Source: a virus. From it: DNA of 64,000 nucleotides. Within the stretch, counting starts at the first letter, position 1, and the number at the start of each line of letters is the position of its first letter. The stretch is taken from the IMG/VR virus record IMGVR_UViG_3300025917_000016, positions 2,556-66,555 of that record; one strand, written 5' to 3'. The notes under the pieces were generated by a model. That model was not told the DNA's origin and did no database searches. It was given only the letters and a program-made list of their open reading frames with translations. The position numbers were made by a program, and so were the translations under genes. This document shows positions 35,373 to 44,247 of the stretch, one piece after another.

Positions 35373-35738
35373 TCAATACCGTGACCTCGGCGCGACTGGA
35401 TCACTGGTTTGGTGCGTCCGTTCGATGGAATCGACAGGCTCAGTAGGATCGATAGGCTCGGCGGGCTGCTCCTCGACGGGCTGCTCCGACGCGATCGCTG
35501 CCTTCTCCAGCGCGTCGAGGAACTGGTACACCTCGCGGCCGACACGGACATCGATGCGCAGCGCGTAATTGCCCATGGCCGGCAGGCTGCTCGGCGCCGG
35601 GATCGTATCGATTGTCAGGATCACGCCGAACTCGGCGGCACGCTGGACCAGCTGTGCGGCGGCGTCGTGCACCTTGGTCAAGCGCTCCTCCATCTGACGC
35701 TGCACGTCTTCGTACATTTCACGCTGGCGGGTTGTCAT
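35373..35738 (-). CDS. Hypothetical protein
   Basis: GVILTID...PAMGNY pattern; acidic Pro-rich tail. Confidence 0.6.
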   Translation of the reverse strand: MTTRQREMYEDVQRQMEERLTKVHDAAAQLVQRAAEFGVILTIDTIPAPSSLPAMGNYALRIDVRVGREVYQFLDALEKAAIASEQPVEEQPAEPIDPTEPVDSIERTHQTSDPVAPRSRY

Positions 35739-36018
35739 CTTTGTTCTCTGGTTTGGGTTCGTGTTCCTGCAGATACATGCTGGCCACGGCGAGCATGGCG
35801 CGGGCCTGGCGCACATTCTGCGGCAAGTGGATCGTGTCGCGGTTCGCCGTGATCGAGGCGACGAACACGTCGAGTTCGTTCTTCGCGGCGGCCAGCTCCT
35901 GCTCGAGCACGACCATGTCGTCCGGATAGCCGGCGCCCTTCCAGGACTCGGCCACCGCCGCTGCGCAGTAAGCCGCGATGAGCTGCGACAGGCGCTGGCT
36001 CTTTTCGTAAGTGATCAT
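35719..36018 (-). CDS. Helical-hairpin protein
   Basis: MITYEKSQRLSQLI...SWKGAG; paralogue of the neighbour. Confidence 0.6.
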   Translation of the reverse strand: MITYEKSQRLSQLIAAYCAAAVAESWKGAGYPDDMVVLEQELAAAKNELDVFVASITANRDTIHLPQNVRQARAMLAVASMYLQEHEPKPENKDDNPPA

Positions 36019-36212
36019 GGTGCATCCTGTGTGGTGCGATGAATAAAGACTGCCAGCGCGGTGCGTGCAGCGCGTACGCGCTCGTTCAGATCGGCGACTT
36101 CGACCTGCGAGTAGGCGCCCTTGAAGATGCGCTCCTGCTCGGCTTCGCGTTCGACTTCGACGCACTTGTTGATGAGGTCGTGCAGCTGGGTCGCCTGTTC
36201 GATGGTGATCAT
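36015..36212 (-). CDS. Helical-hairpin protein
   Basis: MITIEQATQLHDLI...FKGAY; ATGA-coupled. Confidence 0.6.
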   Translation of the reverse strand: MITIEQATQLHDLINKCVEVEREAEQERIFKGAYSQVEVADLNERVRAARTALAVFIHRTTQDAP

Positions 36213-36463
36213 GACGGCTGCCTCTCACCGTTCTCGAACGCCTCGCGGCCGTCAAAGCTGTTATGGACCCAGACGTTCGGCATTTCAGGATCGTCGTTGT
36301 CCGGGCTACAGGTGCAGTTCTCGTCCACGTGGTCGTGCGTGTCGCCGATTGGAATGAGGTGGATACCCAGACGACCGCAGTCGACGAACGTCCAGCCATA
36401 CATGCCGCGCTTGCGCATTTCTTCCTGGTCGAGAGATTCTTCAGGTTCGGTATGCTCAATCAT
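36209..36463 (-). CDS. Small His/Cys-rich protein
   Basis: HLIPIGDTHDH...CTC.P...VHNSFDGRE. Confidence 0.65.
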   Translation of the reverse strand: MIEHTEPEESLDQEEMRKRGMYGWTFVDCGRLGIHLIPIGDTHDHVDENCTCSPDNDDPEMPNVWVHNSFDGREAFENGERQPS

Positions 36464-36807
36464 TCCTTTTTCTCCCGGTCGATCTCGGCCCACACTTCCG
36501 CGCGCAATGCAACGAGGTCATCGTCGTACGGGCCGTCGATGACGCAGGCAGCCAGTTCGCTCCAGTCGGGCTGGCGCATCGCTGCATGGACGTGGGGCGC
36601 CACGGCGGCATTGCCGCCCGCCATCGCGATCTTCATCAGCGCGCGGATGCGGCCGCGTAGGTGCGGCGGGATGGGCTTCTGGTCGCGTATGCGGTTCGCC
36701 CAGGCTTCGCCATACTGCCCGACGTTCCAGTGGTACTGGCACTTGCCGGCGCCCTGGACCAGACCTGGTATTCCGGGTGCACCGCAAATAGTGCATAGGT
36801 TATCCAT
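36460..36807 (-). CDS. Hypothetical protein with N-terminal zinc finger
   Basis: CTIC...CQYH; AGGAGG RBS. Confidence 0.6.
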   Translation of the reverse strand: MDNLCTICGAPGIPGLVQGAGKCQYHWNVGQYGEAWANRIRDQKPIPPHLRGRIRALMKIAMAGGNAAVAPHVHAAMRQPDWSELAACVIDGPYDDDLVALRAEVWAEIDREKKE

Positions 36808-36816
36808 CTCGTCCTC

Positions 36817-37119
36817 CTATCTATATGGTGTATCGCTTGGCGCCGGCAGGTTGTAGTGCAGCTCGTCCCAGTAGAACGACATGGGCGTGTCGCCGCGCGG
36901 GAAGTCATGTATTCGTGTGTTGTGCCGCACGATTGCCACACCGATGACTTCCTTCGACGGTCCATCGCCATACCGGCTGCTCATGCCAATCCGGCCCAGC
37001 GTGTCCGTGATGATCTGGCCGATACGGCTGATACTGACGCAGTGCTCGGCGGCCAGGACCGCGTGGGTCTTGCCAGCTGCCGCGTCGAGCGTGATCTGGG
37101 CTGCGCGGCGGTTGATCAT
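36817..37119 (-). CDS. Sigma-70 region-4-like HTH protein
   Basis: GKTHAVLAAEHCVSISRIGQII. Confidence 0.55.
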   Translation of the reverse strand: MINRRAAQITLDAAAGKTHAVLAAEHCVSISRIGQIITDTLGRIGMSSRYGDGPSKEVIGVAIVRHNTRIHDFPRGDTPMSFYWDELHYNLPAPSDTPYR

Positions 37120-37334
37120 TCCTTCCTCGCTTCCTGGGCCTTCGTGATCTGCACGCGGTCGTAGATGATTCGTGCTTCGAGCAGGACGAAGACCAGGCTC
37201 ACGAGCGCCACGATTGCGTAGTCTCCGAAGAAATGGTAAGACAACTTAACTGCACCGAACAGGCTGGCCAGGAAGACGCAGACGAGGAATAGGCTGCCCA
37301 GTTCGGATGCGATAACCTTCAGGATGAGTTTCAT
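37116..37334 (-). CDS. Small two-TM membrane protein
   Basis: Two hydrophobic helices; ATGA-coupled to the primase gene. Confidence 0.6.
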   Translation of the reverse strand: MKLILKVIASELGSLFLVCVFLASLFGAVKLSYHFFGDYAIVALVSLVFVLLEARIIYDRVQITKAQEARKE

Positions 37335-39727
37335 TTCCTTCCTCCCGCCACCGCGCGCAGTGCGCCTTTCTTCGGCTGCACGGCCGGTGGCTCGATGATG
37401 GCACGCAGGTCATCGAGCGCCTGCGCATCGCCCTGCCACGTGGTCTTGATGCCCTGCACCGCGCGGCCATCAACCCAGACCTTCGTCATGTGGATGCGGT
37501 GGTGCTTGAGCATCGACGTGAACTTGTTCGGCGTGTCCGGCAGGTTGCCCACCGTGTAGCCGAACAGGACGGCCAGCTCGTCGCGCGAGATGTTGCACTG
37601 GCCCGGATGGCTTACCGGCGCGGCCTTGGTGCGGTCGACCAGGCGCAGCAGCACCTCCTGGTAATCGGCGACCTTCGAGGCTTTGAGCGCGTTGCGCTTG
37701 TAGCTGTCGTCGTTCGGCAGCTGGTCGACGAAGAACTCCAGGTCGCCGCTCAGGACACGCGATACCGCGACGTCGATGGAAGTTTCGCTGATGCCGATCA
37801 AGGTGCGGCGGTCTTCGGTGTCGAGCACCGTGGCAGCGCGGGCGATGTCGGCCTTATACGTCATCAGGAAATCGTGGAACGTCTGCAGCTCGTTCTTGAT
37901 CTTGGTCATCTCCTTCTCGCCCATGACCAGGCGCTGCGGCTGGAAGCCACCGATGTTGTAGCGCCGGTCGCGCGCGGTGATCACGATCGGCTCGGGCATG
38001 TTCGAGCCGAAGATCCAGTTGCCGAAGTTGGCCACATCGCGCGAGCCCTGGTGCATGGCCCGGATCGGGATGGTCGGCTCAGAGATGAAGTTCCTCAGCT
38101 TGGCGGCGACGCCGCGCTCGTTGTCCAATGCCTTAGCTTCGATCTCGTCGATGAAGATCACGAACTTGTTCTCCATCCAGTGGTTGAAGTGCTCGTTCAG
38201 CTCGTCCATGTGGCGCATGACCGTGTGACGTTCACCTAACAGCGGCCGGATGATCTTGTGCATGATCGTGCCCTTGCCGGTGCCCTCGGTGCCGTGCAGG
38301 ACCCAGGCCGTGAGCGTGCGCTGCTTGAACTGCATGATACAGGCCAGCCAGTTGATGAAGTGGTCGACGACCTTGGGATCGCCGCCGAGCGCGTGGTGGA
38401 TGACCTTCGAGATCATCGTCGGCATCGTGGTGATGCGCTTGACCTTCGTCTTGGCGAAGCGCGTGGCTTCGTACAGGTTGACTTTGCGGTTGGTGACGTC
38501 GACACGCGGCGTGCCGGGCGCCGCGTGCGGGTCGAATACCAGATCCCACTCGGGGATAAAGTCGCCCAGCGGCACGCCATGCTGCTTGGCGAAGTGACGC
38601 ACCTGGGTCTCGTTCTTGGCCGCGTTGATCTCAAGCACGTCCGTGCTGGCATCGTAGGTGCCACGGTAATAGGTGCTGGTGATGCGGTCGAGGAACGTGA
38701 GGTAGGTGACGCCGCCGCTGGTAGTCTTGACCGACTGCTGCGTGATCTGTTCCCAGTACTCGGGCAGCAGCTCCTTTGTGAGGTAGGTCGGCTCGCCCTT
38801 GAAATTGAAGATGAAGTCCGGATTGTTCTCCGGGTGGTAATAAGCCCAGGAGTCGCCGCCGTTCAGGTTGAAGTACACGAAGCCGCGGTCGACCTTGACA
38901 TCGCTGATCGTGGCGCTATCGGGCTTGACCATGATCTGCGTGGAGCCGAGCATCTTGTACGTGAATTTACGCGCCGGGATACCGGATGCTTCGCGCAGCT
39001 CGTTGATGCGCTTGTCAGTCTTGACCTTGTTGGTTTCGGTCGACGGGATCAGGCTTGGCATCGTGAGTTTGGCGGCCGGCTTGCCGACGTACACGATGCG
39101 GGCTTTCTTCGCCATCGGGTCCTTGAGGCCGCTTTTCAGAAGCGGTGGCGCGATGTAGATCAGTTTGTCGTTCTGGCAGGCGGTGATGTCTAGTGCCCAG
39201 CTGATCGAGTTCGCCGTCTTGGTCAGCGTCATGGCGTTGCGCAGCATGTCGACCTTGTGGTTCAGGTCGATGAGCCATTGCTTCAGCAGCGGCGCTGCCA
39301 TGGGTTTGGCCAGCTGCATGAACACGTGCGCGCGCAGGTGGTTGTTCTCGATGCCGTAGCTCGCGGAGTACTGTACCACGTACGAGACGTTGTCCAGGCC
39401 AACAGCTGTGAGGAACTGCTCGACATTCGAGATGTTCGGCAGTCCGTCCAGGTCCAGCACGATCCACTCGGTCTGCCCGTTGGAGTCGGTGCTGCCCTTT
39501 CGCGACTCACGCACCAGGGGCCGATTGATGTCGCCCTTGAGCAGCGTGTGCCCTTGAGCTGCATGTTTTTTAAGCAGCGCCTCGAAATCCTTCAGATCCT
39601 TGCAACCCTCTTCAATGGACGTGAATTCGTATGCGTTGGGATAGGGGTGCTTCTCGATGGTCCCGTCAGCGCGACGGACGTACGTTTTCGTGAGAGGCAT
39701 CGGGGCCTCTAAAAACACCAGTTTCAT
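37331..39727 (-). CDS. Primase-helicase (PrimPol-like N-terminus, SF3/DUF5906-type NTPase C-terminus)
   Basis: VLDLD, SAS...RAH; Walker A GTEGTGKG, Walker B IFIDE, GSN, DRRY. Confidence 0.85.
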   Translation of the reverse strand: MKLVFLEAPMPLTKTYVRRADGTIEKHPYPNAYEFTSIEEGCKDLKDFEALLKKHAAQGHTLLKGDINRPLVRESRKGSTDSNGQTEWIVLDLDGLPNISNVEQFLTAVGLDNVSYVVQYSASYGIENNHLRAHVFMQLAKPMAAPLLKQWLIDLNHKVDMLRNAMTLTKTANSISWALDITACQNDKLIYIAPPLLKSGLKDPMAKKARIVYVGKPAAKLTMPSLIPSTETNKVKTDKRINELREASGIPARKFTYKMLGSTQIMVKPDSATISDVKVDRGFVYFNLNGGDSWAYYHPENNPDFIFNFKGEPTYLTKELLPEYWEQITQQSVKTTSGGVTYLTFLDRITSTYYRGTYDASTDVLEINAAKNETQVRHFAKQHGVPLGDFIPEWDLVFDPHAAPGTPRVDVTNRKVNLYEATRFAKTKVKRITTMPTMISKVIHHALGGDPKVVDHFINWLACIMQFKQRTLTAWVLHGTEGTGKGTIMHKIIRPLLGERHTVMRHMDELNEHFNHWMENKFVIFIDEIEAKALDNERGVAAKLRNFISEPTIPIRAMHQGSRDVANFGNWIFGSNMPEPIVITARDRRYNIGGFQPQRLVMGEKEMTKIKNELQTFHDFLMTYKADIARAATVLDTEDRRTLIGISETSIDVAVSRVLSGDLEFFVDQLPNDDSYKRNALKASKVADYQEVLLRLVDRTKAAPVSHPGQCNISRDELAVLFGYTVGNLPDTPNKFTSMLKHHRIHMTKVWVDGRAVQGIKTTWQGDAQALDDLRAIIEPPAVQPKKGALRAVAGGRK

Positions 39728-39849
39728 AGGGAGATCGTCCTGTTTTTGTAGTCGTGGAGGGCGGCGTACAGCAGAGTCATCATAGCGATTCCGACGCCCT
39801 CCTTCCATAGTGCAAATGTAAAATTCAGGAATTTACTCCGACACGTTTC

Positions 39850-40052
39850 CCTTCCAAAATCGGTTTTTTCACGAAAAAAGGCCGATTTTGGAAGGAGATT
39901 GGAAGACCTAAGTATTTGATTTATATACTCTTTTCTTCTTTTCTTCTATTCTTCCAAAATTTATTTATTTATATAGAAAATAGAAGAAAAGAAGGTATAA
40001 AAAAAGAGTTATATATAGAGTTTGTTGCGATTGGAAGCCGAAGTTTGGAAGG
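39850..40052. promoter_or_regulatory. AT-rich element B with long inverted repeat, IHF consensus site and TGGAAG repeats (candidate origin)
   Basis: CCTTCCAAAATCGG...CCGATTTTGGAAGG; 39909-39921 on the minus strand reads AATCAAatacTTA; directly upstream of the primase-helicase gene. Confidence 0.65.
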
Positions 40053-40148
40053 CGTCTCGCGCGTGTCAGCAGTCCGTAGTGGCCCAGGCCGAAGACAAAA
40101 ACGGCCGCCAGCGCGTGTGCGCCGACGGCCGTGCGTGCTATGTGTAGA

Positions 40149-41141
40149 TCACTTCGTTGCTTCTTCCGGCCGCGGTGCGCGACGCATGCTGCCCTTCGCG
40201 GATTGTGCTTGCGTCGTCGGCGCAGTTTCGCTCGTGCTCGTGTTCGTGTTCGCTTCGGTGCCGACGATCGTGCGGTCTTCGAGTTCCGGCAGCACGCCGC
40301 CACGTTCGAGGTAGGCATCGAGTTGCACGCGCTTGACCTTGCTGAAAGTGGTCAGCCATGCGACCAGTGATTCGCGGTTCGCCTTCAGCATCTTGCTGTC
40401 GCCGGCTGCATCGAGCTTGCCGCGCAGCAGAGCCATCAGCGCTTTCTGCACAGCCTTGTCGTGTGCGCGGATCGCAGCGGACATCAGCTTGTACTGCACG
40501 TGTGCCGGCAGTGTGTCGAACATCGATTCGATCGAGATTTCGTCTTCGTCGCACACCGGCACCTGCTTGCCGCCTTCGTCTTTTGCATACGTCTCGAACG
40601 CTTCGAGATAGGTGATGACCTTGCCTGCGTTGGCCTTGAGATCAGCCGTATCGTCGGTAACCATCTTGAGCTGCGCAGCCTTGAGCATTTCCGGATCAAC
40701 GTCGACGGCGAGTGCCAGCGCTTCGATCATGTCGTCGTTGTTCTGCGAGGGACGCGTCAGCTGGAACTTGACGGTCTCGGCGATCGACAGCGGCACGTCG
40801 TTCTGTGTAGCCTGATGCTGTGCCAGGAACGCTGCGAAGTAATTGCGCAGACGCATGAAGTTCTCGGCCAGTTCACCAGACTGCATCTGGACTTCGAACC
40901 CCATGCCGTCTGCGACTGTGGTGTTGCGGAAGTTGGCTTCCTCGACTGCGTTCTGTGCGTCGTTGTACTCGTCGATGGTGGGAACGTCTTTGCGATCGGC
41001 GATGTTCTCGATGGCGTTGTAGCGGAGGTGACCGCGCGCGTATGCGATAGCTGTTGCGTTCAGCGAGCCAATGATCGACTTGACGATTTGCTTGGACACG
41101 TTGAGCGGCAGGTTGTGATGAATGGTGGTGATCGATTGCAT
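40149..41141 (-). CDS. Hypothetical early protein
   Basis: 330-aa ORF with AGGAG RBS. Confidence 0.7.
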   Translation of the reverse strand: MQSITTIHHNLPLNVSKQIVKSIIGSLNATAIAYARGHLRYNAIENIADRKDVPTIDEYNDAQNAVEEANFRNTTVADGMGFEVQMQSGELAENFMRLRNYFAAFLAQHQATQNDVPLSIAETVKFQLTRPSQNNDDMIEALALAVDVDPEMLKAAQLKMVTDDTADLKANAGKVITYLEAFETYAKDEGGKQVPVCDEDEISIESMFDTLPAHVQYKLMSAAIRAHDKAVQKALMALLRGKLDAAGDSKMLKANRESLVAWLTTFSKVKRVQLDAYLERGGVLPELEDRTIVGTEANTNTSTSETAPTTQAQSAKGSMRRAPRPEEATK

Positions 41142-41259
41142 GATGAAGCTCCTAGCGAATTTAGTTTGAGTGATATGTGCCGGTTACAGCGTCCGGCGCG
41201 ATGAGCCATGCCGCAGCATGTTCGCTGATGGTTAACAGGCGAGGTAAAACGGCCGCGGT

Positions 41260-41601
41260 CTACATCGGTTCCTGTCTCCTGTGCTTGATGATCGGCTGCC
41301 CGAATTCTTCTTCGAGCCGGGCGATCAGTTCGAATGGGTCAGCCAGTGCATCGCCGATCATGTGCTCGACGATGTAGATCAGCGGCTCGTGCCCCATGTA
41401 GAGAATCTCGTTGATCGAGAATTCAGATGTGTCCCATGTGTCGGTGCCCATCTAGTGCACCCGCACGCGCAGGACATGTGCATTGAGCGGCGTGTACAGC
41501 ATGACGATGTCGACGCGGCGCTGCTCGATCTTCGCGCGCAGTAGTTCGAGGTACTGCGCTGCGTTCATTTGAACTTGGTGCTTCGGTTGAGTGAGTGTCA
41601 T
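41260..41601 (-). CDS. Two abutting in-frame ORFs (49 aa and 63 aa) separated only by a TAG at 41452-41454
   Basis: AGGAG RBS before ATG 41601; ...LRVRVH*MGTDTWD... Confidence 0.45.
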
Positions 41602-41634
41602 GCGAAATCTCCTAAACCGTGTAAACGGTATAAA

Positions 41635-41922
41635 TCATTTGATGCGGTCGAACACATTGATTCGACCTGCGATATAGCAGCCGCGTTCGATGTAACCGAA
41701 CATTTTGCGGCCTATGCTGATGAGTGCAGAGCACACCAAAGCACCGACCGCAGCGACCATCAAACCTGAAAAGGTGCCCGAGTGTAACCAGTTCAAAAAC
41801 ACGAACGTTCCAATATCTAGAACGACCGGAAAACCGAGCATGCGCAGTCGCCAACGCCAGCTGAGTTTGAAGAAAATGAAGATCAAACCCAGCGCCACGA
41901 CGACGCCGGATTCGAGGATCAT
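41635..41922 (-). CDS. Membrane protein
   Basis: Three hydrophobic segments. Confidence 0.65.
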   Translation of the reverse strand: MILESGVVVALGLIFIFFKLSWRWRLRMLGFPVVLDIGTFVFLNWLHSGTFSGLMVAAVGALVCSALISIGRKMFGYIERGCYIAGRINVFDRIK

Positions 41923-42010
41923 GTGCGCCTCACTGCGCGCTGATGCACGTAGTACGCGAGAACGTGCGCGTTGTGCTTGCGACCTCGTGCGAGGATTTCA
42001 GCCAGCGTCA

Positions 42011-42562
42011 TCACGCCGCCACCGGCTTCGTGAATGCGCCGGTGAACGCGCGCGCACGTTGTACCGCGCCGATGCCGTTCGCCTTCTCGGCCACTGCATC
42101 CTTCATGCCGCCGAAACCCAGCGACAGCGATGCAGCGCACTTGCTCACCAAGCCATCCGGCAGCACGACGCTGCTGAATACCTTGCCGCCGACGTAGCCG
42201 CCGATCTTCCAAGTCGCGTAGATGCCGAGCACCCAGACCGCAGCGCTGAGCATGAAGGCCAGCGCTGCGCTGCCGGTCAGCGTCATGATGCCGGCCAGTG
42301 CGTACGCCATGACCAGCGAGATACCGTAGCCGACGGCGCCGGCTGCTGCGAGGCCGAGGATTGCGCCGACGATCACGCGCGTAGGCGACGGCAGTGCGAG
42401 GTCAGCGAGCATCTCTTCGATGTTGGCGTGCCGCGCTTCCGGCTGCACTTTCTTCGCGTGTGCGGCCGCGCGCGTCGCCTTCGGTGCCGGAGCAGCTGCA
42501 CGCTTCGCGCGTTGTGCTGCGATGTCTTTAGCTGCTGCTGCGAGTTGTGCTTTCGTTGCCAT
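42011..42562 (-). CDS. Membrane protein with basic Ala-rich N-terminus
   Basis: AAGGAG RBS; long hydrophobic central region. Confidence 0.65.
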   Translation of the reverse strand: MATKAQLAAAAKDIAAQRAKRAAAPAPKATRAAAHAKKVQPEARHANIEEMLADLALPSPTRVIVGAILGLAAAGAVGYGISLVMAYALAGIMTLTGSAALAFMLSAAVWVLGIYATWKIGGYVGGKVFSSVVLPDGLVSKCAASLSLGFGGMKDAVAEKANGIGAVQRARAFTGAFTKPVAA

Positions 42563-42767
42563 GGTGTTTCTCCTTGAGTTGACGAGCCGAGCACCATTGC
42601 CCGGCTTCGCTAGTGGAACTACGAGCGAGCGCGATGGTGTTCCGCGCTCGTGTGTGCTTCGTGTTGCTGCCACTCCTGCACGACGCGCTTGCACGCGTAC
42701 ATGGTGAGCGGCATCAGCGCCAGCACGGTGTACTGAAGCGCTGCGATGGTCTGGTCGATGAACTCCA

Positions 42768-43025
42768 TCAGCTCACCTTCACGCTGCGGCCGATGCGCAT
42801 GGCCAGTTCGCGTGCCGCTGCCATCTGCGCTGCGCGCTCGGCCTGCCATGCCGGTGCGACGTACGCGGTGCGTGGCACACGTACGGCCTGCGGCGTGCGA
42901 GCTTCGCGCTCGCGCTTCATGTTGTTGATAGCCTCAAGCTCGGCGATCTGCTTGTTCAGCTGCTCGACCTGTGCTTGCAGTGCTGCGACCTGCGCTTCCA
43001 GCGCTGCCTTCGTGATGCGTGCCAT
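42768..43025 (-). CDS. Small coiled-coil protein, first gene of the leftward block
   Basis: AGGAGG RBS; heptad repeat. Confidence 0.65.
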   Translation of the reverse strand: MARITKAALEAQVAALQAQVEQLNKQIAELEAINNMKREREARTPQAVRVPRTAYVAPAWQAERAAQMAAARELAMRIGRSVKVS

Positions 43026-43333
43026 GACGGCCTCCTATGCTGTGGTTGACGCACGAAGCGCCACGACGCAGCGCGGCGGTTCTTCGCGCTGCTGCATGAG
43101 GGCCGCGCACGCATCACGGCGCCTGCGGCTTTTGGGTCCCCTTCCCACGCTCTCGGTGATGCGAATCCGAAGTGCCCTGCCTCATTCCCGGAGCGGGGAA
43201 GGGAGACTCACACAGACGAAAGTACGAAAAATTTTATAAAAATTTTTCACGAAATTTTTTCGCAGTACCCCGCCCCAAGCACCACATTCCCCGCACCAGG
43301 AACCACACTCCCGCGCACCACATGCAAAATTCC

Positions 43334-43362
43334 TCGACAATTGCCCGGCGGTAAGCTAGGAT
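43334..43362 (+). promoter_or_regulatory. Candidate sigma70 promoter for terS
   Basis: TCGACA-17 bp-TAGGAT upstream of ATG 43397. Confidence 0.45.
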
Positions 43363-43396
43363 TCGCGCTATTCCACAATCCACCTTCACACCCAGA

Positions 43397-44086
43397 ATGG
43401 CGACTGCAACCGCGACAAAGAAAAAACCCGGTCCGAAGCCCCACGACCGCACCCGCGCGCCCAAGGTGGCCAAGACGCCGGTCAAGATGGCGATCGTGAA
43501 GGCCAAGGCAGCCGACCAGGAGAAGCGCTTCGCCAAGCTCAAGGCGATGGCGGTCGACGCGACCACGCCACGCACCCAGGCCATCAAGTCGACCAAGCGC
43601 AAGCTCACCGAGATGCAGATGATGTTCGTGCGCCACTGGGCGGCGGGTGAGTCGATCCTGACGGCCAGTGCGCGCGCTGGCTACAGCGACGGCGGCACCT
43701 ACGCCTACCGGCTGGTCAAGGACCCGCTGATCGTCGAAATCTACGAGCGCGAGAAGAGGCTCTACGAGGAAGCCTGCCAGATGACCCGCAAAAGGGTCAT
43801 GGACGGCTTTCTGGAGGCCGCCGAGATGGCCCGCCTGCAGGCCGACCCGACCGCCATGACCGGCGCTTGGAGGGAGATCGGAAAAATGTGCGGCTACTAC
43901 GAGCCGCGCAAGGTGGACGTGAACGTCAACGTCAGCGGCCAGATCACGCAGAAGGTCGAGCGCCTGACAGACGCCCAGCTCCTGGCCCTGATCAAGGGCG
44001 AGGCCGGTGCCGAGATGGTGTTCGAGCAGGACATGCGCGAAGTGTCCGACACCAAAGCCGACCAACTGGGGTACGAACCATCATGA
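43397..44086 (+). CDS. terS: Terminase small subunit
   Basis: LTEMQMMFV...ASARAGYS HTH; AWREIGKMCGYY; upstream of terL. Confidence 0.8.
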   Translation: MATATATKKKPGPKPHDRTRAPKVAKTPVKMAIVKAKAADQEKRFAKLKAMAVDATTPRTQAIKSTKRKLTEMQMMFVRHWAAGESILTASARAGYSDGGTYAYRLVKDPLIVEIYEREKRLYEEACQMTRKRVMDGFLEAAEMARLQADPTAMTGAWREIGKMCGYYEPRKVDVNVNVSGQITQKVERLTDAQLLALIKGEAGAEMVFEQDMREVSDTKADQLGYEPS

Positions 44087-44247
44087 CCATCGTGACCACC
44101 AAGAACGAAATTGTCCACATCCCGGTCGGCTGCAACCTGAACGGTCTGGCGCTCAAACGCATCATCATCGAGGCGGGCGACCAGGGCCATCCGGACTTCC
44201 TGGTGTGGCTGATGGACGTCGTCCTCACGAGGCTGGTCAAGGAATGA
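44083..44247 (+). CDS. 54-aa protein resembling the TerL Walker-B segment
   Basis: ATGA overlaps with both terS and terL; VGCNLNGLALKRIIIE...W.MDVVLTRL. Confidence 0.6.
   Translation: MTIVTTKNEIVHIPVGCNLNGLALKRIIIEAGDQGHPDFLVWLMDVVLTRLVKE

Noticed and set aside
6131-40052. The two AT-rich IHF elements as attL/attR of an integrated element
   Set aside because: No integrase seen in the window, both flanks are genes of the same phage, and the shared core is diverged rather than identical.
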